Positions 57,487 through 64,000 of a stretch of DNA of 64,000 bases are shown here, piece after piece. Within the stretch, counting starts at the first letter, position 1, and each line of letters starts with the position of its first letter. A program made the translations under genes and the position numbers. The DNA is taken from IMG/VR virus record IMGVR_UViG_3300032305_002044, positions 29,417 through 93,416 of that record. One strand, written 5' to 3'. Source of the stretch: a virus (Duplodnaviria; Caudoviricetes). The notes beneath the pieces were generated by a model that ran no database searches, was not told the DNA's origin, and saw only the letters and a list, made by a program, of their open reading frames with translations.

Positions 57487-57551
57487 GCCTGAATATTAAA
57501 GAAAACCCCTTTATCCTTTAATAAGGATATCCCACTCTTAAAGAGGTTTAA

Positions 57552-57881
57552 ATGGCTAAAAATATTGCCCCTGTTCCAGCAGACGGTTCAGCCCCTATGG
57601 GCGCTGGTGCTGTTGTGAACGCATCAGGTGCGCCATCAAAGAACACAACGTTAATGCCTAAACATCACAGCAAGTCTGTAGACCCATATGCAGGTCCTGC
57701 AGGTCCTGCGTACGCATACGCCCCAAAAGAACGTTGCGGAGCTTGCTACGGAGTGCAGGTTGGCTTTGAGGCTCACACTGCTCCAGAAGCTGGTATGACT
57801 CAGGCTAACGGACGCCTATTCCAGCATGCTATTCAACGCAGTGCCCCTAACTTCCTTGCAGGAATGTACAGCGTTAACTAA
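57552..57881 (+). CDS. hypothetical Ala/Pro/Gly-rich protein
   Basis: GAGG RBS; flanked by its own promoter-like motif and a terminator. Confidence 0.75.
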   Translation: MAKNIAPVPADGSAPMGAGAVVNASGAPSKNTTLMPKHHSKSVDPYAGPAGPAYAYAPKERCGACYGVQVGFEAHTAPEAGMTQANGRLFQHAIQRSAPNFLAGMYSVN

Positions 57882-57913
57882 TTAGACTACCGTGGACTAC
57901 GGTAGACTTTCAA

Positions 57914-57945
57914 AAAACCCCAGCTGAAATTTCAGCTGGGGTTTT
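57914..57945. terminator. bidirectional-type terminator, preceded by a second hairpin (57883-57909)
   Basis: AAAACCCCAGCTGAA-AT-TTCAGCTGGGGTTTT. Confidence 0.8.
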
Positions 57946-58006
57946 GCTGTTTCTAGACTTATGTGTATGCTAGTCTGAATGGACAACGAAATTCCAAGGA
58001 GGAATC

Positions 58007-58246
58007 GTGTTTAGTGACATCATTAAGCAGCACTTAAACGCTGCGGATGCTAAGTGTAGTTTTGGCGCTTGGCTAGATAAACAAAATAAAGAAGATCAAG
58101 AAGGTTTTGCATTATTAATGCAGAAACAATCAATCAATGTAGCTAGTTTATACCGATCTATGACTTCGGTTTTAGAAGACCTTCCATTCAAATCAACCAC
58201 TTTTAAATCGCATGTGCGAGGGGACTGTAAATGTCAAACACAATAG
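58007..58246 (+). CDS. hypothetical protein
   Basis: AAGGAGG RBS with GTG start; C...H.RG.C.C motif. Confidence 0.7.
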   Translation: MFSDIIKQHLNAADAKCSFGAWLDKQNKEDQEGFALLMQKQSINVASLYRSMTSVLEDLPFKSTTFKSHVRGDCKCQTQ

Positions 58247-59259
58247 AGTTTATCGACATCATTATGGCTGCGTTAAACGAGCCACAGGTAGATGAACCTA
58301 CAACTTTAAAGCCAGTAAATGCCGCTAAATTGCCTAAAACCACAAAGACTAAAAACAAAAAAGGCAAAACTGATTGGAAATTGGCAGTTTTATTGCCAGA
58401 TACTCAAATTGGATACCGTCGTTATGAAGACGGTTCTTTAGACCCATTCCACGATATAAACGCTATTAACGTTGCCATGCAAGTAACGGCTACTTTAGAA
58501 GAAGAATACGGCATTGACCAGATTATTAATCTTGGAGACACTATTGACTTACCTATGTTTGGTAAGTATGCCCAAGAGAATGCCTTCTTTAACACGGTTA
58601 ATGAATCTTTAAAAGCTGGGCATGATTATATTGCTGGTCAGAGAGCAATTTCCCCTAATGCAGAAATTGTGTTTATTGAAGGAAACCATGATTGCCGTCT
58701 TGTAAAATACGTTGGCCTAAATGCAATGGCTAGTTCACGTATGAAACAAATTGGTAGTGATAATCCAGTTATGAGCATTCCTCATTTGCTCAGGTTTGAT
58801 GATATTGGTGTAACTTATGTAGACGGATACCCAGCGGATAAGTTTTGGATTAACGATCGTCTTGTAGCACGCCATGGCGTAACTGCTAACTCTAACGGCT
58901 CCACAGCGGCAAAGTATGTAAATAAAGAACCTATGTACACTACTGTTTACGGTCATTCACACCGCATGGACTTGCATTACAAGACTCACGATACGCTTGC
59001 AGGCCCAATTCAAAATGGCGCGTACAGTCCAGGTTGCCTATGTCGTATTGACGGTGCAGTTCCATCTGTTAAAGGTGGAATTAAAGCCGATGAGCGTCCA
59101 GTATTGCAGTATGAAGACTGGCAACAAGGTATGGGTCTAGTTTGGTACAAATCATCAGGTGACTTCAAGGGCGCCAATGATTTCAGTATTGAGAACATTC
59201 ATATCATGGATGGCTGGGCAGTTTACGCAGGTACTGAGTTTAGGTCAACAGCAAGGTAA
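58231..59259 (+). CDS. calcineurin-like metallophosphoesterase
   Basis: PDTQ, NLGD..D, EGNHD, RHG, GHSHR, WQQG. Confidence 0.9.
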   Translation: MSNTIEFIDIIMAALNEPQVDEPTTLKPVNAAKLPKTTKTKNKKGKTDWKLAVLLPDTQIGYRRYEDGSLDPFHDINAINVAMQVTATLEEEYGIDQIINLGDTIDLPMFGKYAQENAFFNTVNESLKAGHDYIAGQRAISPNAEIVFIEGNHDCRLVKYVGLNAMASSRMKQIGSDNPVMSIPHLLRFDDIGVTYVDGYPADKFWINDRLVARHGVTANSNGSTAAKYVNKEPMYTTVYGHSHRMDLHYKTHDTLAGPIQNGAYSPGCLCRIDGAVPSVKGGIKADERPVLQYEDWQQGMGLVWYKSSGDFKGANDFSIENIHIMDGWAVYAGTEFRSTAR

Positions 59260-59279
59260 TTTACCCGTAAAATTAGGGT

Positions 59280-59819
59280 ATGCCTCAAGCCCACCAGAAT
59301 ATTCAAAGTCTAGGCGCCAACGGTCTATACGGCACTAACACCACATATGGTGGTGGTGGCGTACCCGTAGCTCGCGGAGAGCTTGATTTCTTGCGCCTTG
59401 GTGTAGGTAGGGTTCCATCTGCTGAATACCCTGATGGCTATTTAGGAACTATTCGTTCCCGCCGTGATGACCGAGGTCGTCCTTCTAGCACTTCAGACAC
59501 AGTTCTGAATAGCATGAAGCAACGCCTCGGTCAACGCGGTTATCAACGAGGCGTTCACCGTGGTGAACGTATTGATCCGTCTGATTATTACTACCCAACT
59601 GAATTAGACCCAGCCCGTGGGGTTAAGCGTCAAATGAAAGCTAAATTTGACGGTAATACTTACATGGTGCCTCGTCACGTTGAAAACCAAAAACTTGTTC
59701 CAGCTCCTCATTTACCTAACGATGGCAAGGCTGGCCCTAATGTAAGAAGCGATTCGCCTTACAATATTGATGCAAAACGAGCCTCCCAGCTTCGTAACAT
59801 GCGCCCAAGCTGGAGATAA
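59280..59819 (+). CDS. conserved hypothetical, Arg/Pro-rich
   Basis: TAAAAT 6 nt before the ATG; AEYPDGYLGTI motif. Confidence 0.75.
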   Translation: MPQAHQNIQSLGANGLYGTNTTYGGGGVPVARGELDFLRLGVGRVPSAEYPDGYLGTIRSRRDDRGRPSSTSDTVLNSMKQRLGQRGYQRGVHRGERIDPSDYYYPTELDPARGVKRQMKAKFDGNTYMVPRHVENQKLVPAPHLPNDGKAGPNVRSDSPYNIDAKRASQLRNMRPSWR

Positions 59820-59821
59820 TT

Positions 59822-60295
59822 GTGGCTGAAGTTCCTCCAGATAAAAGTTCTGATTCAAACCGTACACCTAACCTTAACCCTGAAGACTTTGGTATTAGTC
59901 AACGTGAATCTCGTGAAATGCAAGGACGTGCCATTGGTGAACACTTGTTTGAAGGTTTAGAAATGGCAATGACGGGGGAAAAGGGCGGGTTTAAAGCCGC
60001 TGTAGATGCGCATAATCTGTACAAAATGAGATCGTTTCCACCTCATATGGTTAAAACTGATGAAGATAACTCACCTTATGTTGAGCATTCAAGTGGCCCT
60101 TGGAAATCAACATGGAGTGGCGGCATTTATATTGACCATACCCATGCTAAGCACGGAACGTTAGACGTTACTAACATTAGTCACCCTGACCCCAACGTTA
60201 TGGGCCCAGTTGATATGGACCCAAAGAAATTTATTCAAGCCCATAAAGAACATTTGCAACGGGTTAAAGATGTTTATCCTAAGGAATATCAATAA
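59822..60295 (+). CDS. hypothetical protein
   Basis: GGAG RBS with GTG start. Confidence 0.7.
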   Translation: MAEVPPDKSSDSNRTPNLNPEDFGISQRESREMQGRAIGEHLFEGLEMAMTGEKGGFKAAVDAHNLYKMRSFPPHMVKTDEDNSPYVEHSSGPWKSTWSGGIYIDHTHAKHGTLDVTNISHPDPNVMGPVDMDPKKFIQAHKEHLQRVKDVYPKEYQ

Positions 60296-60642
60296 TGCCT
60301 AATTTAACTAGCGGTGTCTATTCTAATCGCCCCTGGATTGCTCCACCAGAAGCCGCGTACCCTCCACAAGCGTACATTGGCCCATTTGCCAGTAACCAAG
60401 AGCAGAATTTATCCCAAGCTATGGCATCTTTGACTATGTCCAGCGAGGACATTCAACAGTACGTCCGTCCTAACCTGCCGCAGATTCAATTATTTCCCCC
60501 AAGATTCGGGTACGAGACCCGTGAATACGGAATTGACGATATGATAGACCTTAACGTTCCAATGACCGAACGCGTTGATACCGCTAAACCAGCGGCTCAA
60601 GCAGAACCAAGTTCTCGAAATACTTTAGGAGGCGGAGTTTAA
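60295..60642 (+). CDS. hypothetical protein
   Basis: TAATG-coupled ORF. Confidence 0.7.
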   Translation: MPNLTSGVYSNRPWIAPPEAAYPPQAYIGPFASNQEQNLSQAMASLTMSSEDIQQYVRPNLPQIQLFPPRFGYETREYGIDDMIDLNVPMTERVDTAKPAAQAEPSSRNTLGGGV

Positions 60643-61337
60643 TGGCCCTAACAGGTAAAGCCCTAGAAGACTGGAAAAAAAAGAATTATAACAACAATAT
60701 TACTGTTGATCAAAGTCAGATTGATGCGCTTAACTCACGCAAGACTCCACAAGGTAATTTTGATTACTACAAAAAAAACGGCGCCAATGAAATGGAAGTT
60801 GAGTCTTTAAACCGTTTCTACGGTAAAGACAAAGTAGCCGCCGCAGGTATTGGCGTTAAACCTGCTACTCCTTCAAGCCCTAACCCTGATCGACCAAATA
60901 CACGTGAAGACCGTCTTCAGCCTACTCCTGGTCGACCAAACGACCGTGAAGACCGCGGCCCTAAACCTACGCCAGCACCTAGCCCTGGTTTCCGTAATCA
61001 GTACCCACCTTCTGGGCCTTCTACGCCAAAACCAACACCAGCTCCACGTCCTGCTAATCCAGGTTTTCGTAATCAATATCCACCGTTTGGTCCTTCTACT
61101 CCACCAGACCGTGCACAGAGCCCAGACCGTGTTCCTCCTGCTAGCCCTGGTTTCCGTAACCAATACCCACCATTTGGTCCTACAACTCCAACACCTACAC
61201 CGACTCCAAGTCCCGCTGGACCTGGTTTCCGCGATAGTACACCAAACCCTATGCGTCCTCCACGTGCAAATCCTGGCACTCCACCACCTAACTCAAATAC
61301 ACGTGAAGGCCGCTCTACGCCAACACTAAAGGCTTAA
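60642..61337 (+). CDS. Pro-rich disordered protein with PGFRNQYPP repeats
   Basis: PGFRNQYPPxGPxTP x3 plus PGFRD; NT/DRExR x3. Confidence 0.75.
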   Translation: MALTGKALEDWKKKNYNNNITVDQSQIDALNSRKTPQGNFDYYKKNGANEMEVESLNRFYGKDKVAAAGIGVKPATPSSPNPDRPNTREDRLQPTPGRPNDREDRGPKPTPAPSPGFRNQYPPSGPSTPKPTPAPRPANPGFRNQYPPFGPSTPPDRAQSPDRVPPASPGFRNQYPPFGPTTPTPTPTPSPAGPGFRDSTPNPMRPPRANPGTPPPNSNTREGRSTPTLKA

Positions 61338-61338
61338 C

Positions 61339-61572
61339 ATGGCAATTGATCCAGGGTTAATGACAGACGCTACAGGTGAGGGTATGGCGGGAGCCACAGA
61401 TGTTTCCTTAGTTACCCAGAAAAACCTTGAGAATACGTACTACAATAATAGTAAGCCTTGTTTAGAATGCGGTCTTAACTTAGACCCATACCGTGCATTG
61501 CATAATCAATATTGTGCAGGGTGTAGTAACCGCAAGTCTTATAACCACGTGAAGAACGGAATGGTGTCCTAA
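61339..61572 (+). CDS. small Zn-finger hypothetical
   Basis: CLECG...CAGC. Confidence 0.7.
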   Translation: MAIDPGLMTDATGEGMAGATDVSLVTQKNLENTYYNNSKPCLECGLNLDPYRALHNQYCAGCSNRKSYNHVKNGMVS

Positions 61573-61778
61573 TGACCGTACCATATCGCCGCTCGCCTAA
61601 TGCAGAGCTTAATGAAGGGTCTACCGATGGAAAGTACCGAAAGCGTCGCCCAAATACAACAGTTGCTGCTGGAATGGGTGACCAGTCTGTTGTAGCCAAC
61701 CGTGCTGGTTTACATCCTTACATGAATTATGGTTTTATTAACTCCGAGGAACCACAAAAAGTAAACCCAGGGGCCTAA
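61572..61778 (+). CDS. hypothetical protein
   Basis: TAATG-coupled; DGKYRKRRP. Confidence 0.7.
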   Translation: MTVPYRRSPNAELNEGSTDGKYRKRRPNTTVAAGMGDQSVVANRAGLHPYMNYGFINSEEPQKVNPGA

Positions 61779-62195
61779 ATGTCACGCGGAGATAACGATA
61801 ACCCTAATGATTTTAGTTACACTTCTGAGTGGCAAGATGAGCACGCTGAAGCTCATGCCCCAGAAGATCGTGGAGACCATCCTGCTCGTCGCCCAGGTGC
61901 ATACGAGCAAGCTCGCAGATTTATGGAGCAAATGGACCCTAACGATGTTAGAGAAGACGAAGCGGATAGAGAAGCTGGATACGCAGGTTTAGCTGACGCT
62001 ACTAGTTACGCACGCCATGCCAAGTCTGAGCGCGTTACTCGTGGCGGTAAATACGATGAGCCAGTAAACATGCCATTAAAACCTATAGAAGGCAAAAATC
62101 GCTACTACCCAGAATTTTCAGCTATGGGTGGAAAACACGGCAAATCTTATAAAGGCGAAGACATTCCTGAAGAAAATAGATACGATAGGCATTAA
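61779..62195 (+). CDS. acidic disordered hypothetical protein
   Basis: ORF abutting its neighbours. Confidence 0.65.
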   Translation: MSRGDNDNPNDFSYTSEWQDEHAEAHAPEDRGDHPARRPGAYEQARRFMEQMDPNDVREDEADREAGYAGLADATSYARHAKSERVTRGGKYDEPVNMPLKPIEGKNRYYPEFSAMGGKHGKSYKGEDIPEENRYDRH

Positions 62196-62197
62196 TT

Positions 62198-63184
62198 ATG
62201 GCTAGAAAAAAATTAGATGAAGACTACGATAGTATTGTAGATTTTCCTGGTTCCCGTCGTATTTACAGGGGCAAAGGCGGAGAAACTCAACCTAAAAAGG
62301 GAAGAGGTGGAGGCGCTTGGCTTGGGGCTAACGCAGCTCCTGAAGACGCTATAAAAGGTAAAGGTCTAGACCCAGAAGAAGTTATAAAAAGTAGGGATAA
62401 GGACGTAATTGGCGCACCATCAGCTCCAATTGACACCAAAGGCTTACCTAAGCTAGAAAATGAGCGCAAAACACCTGTCAAAAAATTTGAAGGTGAGCCT
62501 ACTAGAACAGTAATACCTAGAAAAGCTGAAAGTGCAAAGCCAGATTCAAAAAAGAAAAAAGCAAAAAAAGCTGAAGTAAAGAAAACTATACGATTTGCAG
62601 AAGATGGCGGTATAGAGTCTGGTCTTTTGACTGAAAACATGAGCGTGCCTAAAGACCCAGAGCCAACCCGTACTGGCGGTAACCGCGGTGTTACAGGAAC
62701 TCCAGAAAGAGGCGAACTTCCCCCAGAAAGTTCTGCAGCAAAGCCTTTAATTGGTCGCAGTAACCGCAATGCTCCAGCAAGACAAGCACAAGCAGATATT
62801 CTTGCAACAGGCACTGCAGATGAATACTGGAAGCATGCTATTGGTACAGAGCGCTTAGATAAAAGTACAAACACTGTAGTGGTTGATAAAGCGGCTGGAA
62901 TGTTTACTGATTTAGGGGCAACTCGTGATGGAAAGCCTGCTGGAGGATTTTGCACCAATTGCGATACTTCAATACCAGGACCAGAAGCCGCTATTCCATT
63001 ACCTCGTAAAGGACCTGGTGGAATTACGCGATTTGCGCAGTCTGCTAGCGGTAGACAAGGCTCATACGGAACTCCTAGTGAAGATACGTTATGCGCAACT
63101 TGTACTCCTGTAGCCAGTTCTGTTACATCCTCAGGTCAACAGGCCTTAGCAGAGAAATTTAACGTCCAACGTCCACGAGGATAA
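62198..63184 (+). CDS. disordered hypothetical protein with two CxxC
   Basis: Lys/Pro/Gly-rich; CTNC...CATC. Confidence 0.7.
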   Translation: MARKKLDEDYDSIVDFPGSRRIYRGKGGETQPKKGRGGGAWLGANAAPEDAIKGKGLDPEEVIKSRDKDVIGAPSAPIDTKGLPKLENERKTPVKKFEGEPTRTVIPRKAESAKPDSKKKKAKKAEVKKTIRFAEDGGIESGLLTENMSVPKDPEPTRTGGNRGVTGTPERGELPPESSAAKPLIGRSNRNAPARQAQADILATGTADEYWKHAIGTERLDKSTNTVVVDKAAGMFTDLGATRDGKPAGGFCTNCDTSIPGPEAAIPLPRKGPGGITRFAQSASGRQGSYGTPSEDTLCATCTPVASSVTSSGQQALAEKFNVQRPRG

Positions 63185-63210
63185 TTAGCCTCCTGTGGTA
63201 AAATTGGGGC

Positions 63211-63777
63211 ATGGATTTTAATGGAGCAAAAGACTTAAGTCAAGCCAACAAAGACGAACCAATGATTCGTGTATTGGTATGCCGTAATTGTAAGACTATT
63301 GAGGAACTGCCAGATTATGATGGCGACCCAGCTACTGACACTTTATTAAATATATTAGTATCTAAGCACCAAAAGCCTGTAGAGCATATCGGTTTGCTTA
63401 TGAAGTTTCCGTTTAAATACTGGGCAGTGCCTAAAATCCAAAAAGAGATCATTAAGCAAATTCGTGGCGGCTCTGAAGGTTTAGATGTATTCCAGACTAA
63501 ATTTTATGAGACCAAAAACCAATTTGCTGAAGACGCCATGGCTTGCTATTCAGATCATTTGCGCCCCAAAGGTCAGTGTCCAGACTACAAGTCAGAGAAG
63601 AAATTGCTTAAACCTGACACAGATGCTGACCGTAAAGAGGCTGGCCTTGAAAAGGCGGGCAAAACTGGCCCTAAAGTATACTTATGTGACTTCTGCCCCG
63701 TAAAATCCTTTAATATGCAGAAGTCTAACGCCGAGATACAAATCTTCATCGAAACGAATAGTATTTGTCATAGTTAA
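63211..63777 (+). CDS. conserved Cys-containing hypothetical protein (C-terminus probably chimeric)
   Basis: TGG-TAAAAT 6 nt before the ATG; CRNC...YLCDFCPV; the last ~13 codons fall in AT-rich foreign sequence. Confidence 0.7.
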   Translation: MDFNGAKDLSQANKDEPMIRVLVCRNCKTIEELPDYDGDPATDTLLNILVSKHQKPVEHIGLLMKFPFKYWAVPKIQKEIIKQIRGGSEGLDVFQTKFYETKNQFAEDAMACYSDHLRPKGQCPDYKSEKKLLKPDTDADRKEAGLEKAGKTGPKVYLCDFCPVKSFNMQKSNAEIQIFIETNSICHS

Positions 63778-64000
63778 GATATGTGTCATATTATTGACAC
63801 AATCTGTAGTTATAACACCATCTGAAATTTTATTAAATAAAGGGTTTAAATCTAAATCAAATATAAATCTTGAGTGTCCTGAAGACGAAATAGAGTCTAA
63901 AGAACTACCAAAATAGATATCCGTAATTGGGTTTCTACCCGTATTAACAAATTTATTGCTAATAATAGTGTTATTTTTGCTAAAATATGACCTATGTGTT
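63737..64000 (-). other. AT-rich foreign segment carrying a fragment of a minus-strand ORF
   Basis: Abrupt GC drop; open frame THRSYFSKNNTIISNKFVNTGRNPITDIYFG...SRFIFDLDL...THILTMTNTIRFDEDL, opposite in orientation to the phage genes. Confidence 0.65.

Noticed and set aside
60980-61240. Interspaced repeats resembling a mini-CRISPR array
   Set aside because: Repeats vary at third codon positions, spacings are multiples of 3, and they lie in one ORF: a coding repeat.
694-62958. Numerous minus-strand and nested ORFs in the track (e.g. 2048-2506, 22824-23375, 62287-62958)
   Set aside because: They are antisense or alternative-frame shadows of well-supported + strand genes, with no RBS or recognisable motifs.
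1-64000. Alternative genetic code or stop-codon reassignment
   Set aside because: Core genes are full-length under the standard code, and TAA, TAG and TGA all serve as stops.

Overview
The window is most of a tailed dsDNA phage genome with a contractile (myovirus-type) tail. Nearly all genes are on the + strand, and many are coupled by TAATG overlaps. Gene order: a divergent whiB, membrane/holin-like genes, terminase, portal, scaffold and capsid (2.5-8.7 kb); adaptor and fibre-like genes (9.3-19.3 kb); sheath, tube, chaperone, short tape measure and baseplate (21.2-38.9 kb); a replication/recombination module with initiator, DnaC, DnaB, DnaG, SNF2, SSB, PolA, RecA, Cas4-like nuclease and two resolvases (38.9-57.1 kb); then SpoVS, a metallophosphoesterase and small disordered ORFs (57.2-63.7 kb). 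Two WhiB genes and several apparently leaderless promoters indicate an actinobacterial host. The moderate GC suggests a low-GC freshwater-type actinobacterium (inference). No integrase, CRISPR array or ordinary tRNA was seen. Top observations: (1) a 79-nt mini-tmRNA made of only the Ala-accepting tRNA-like domain, with no tag-coding domain (46743-46821); (2) a stand-alone protein resembling the glutamyl-tRNA reductase (HemA) dimerisation domain (12416-12718); (3) long hairpins whose pyrimidine loops are complementary to the downstream Shine-Dalgarno of polA and terL; (4) a probable +1 frameshift in the tail chaperone; (5) a canonical C2H2 zinc-finger microprotein. The last ~265 bp look like foreign AT-rich sequence joined chimerically. 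All family calls come from motif recognition by eye; no database searches were run.
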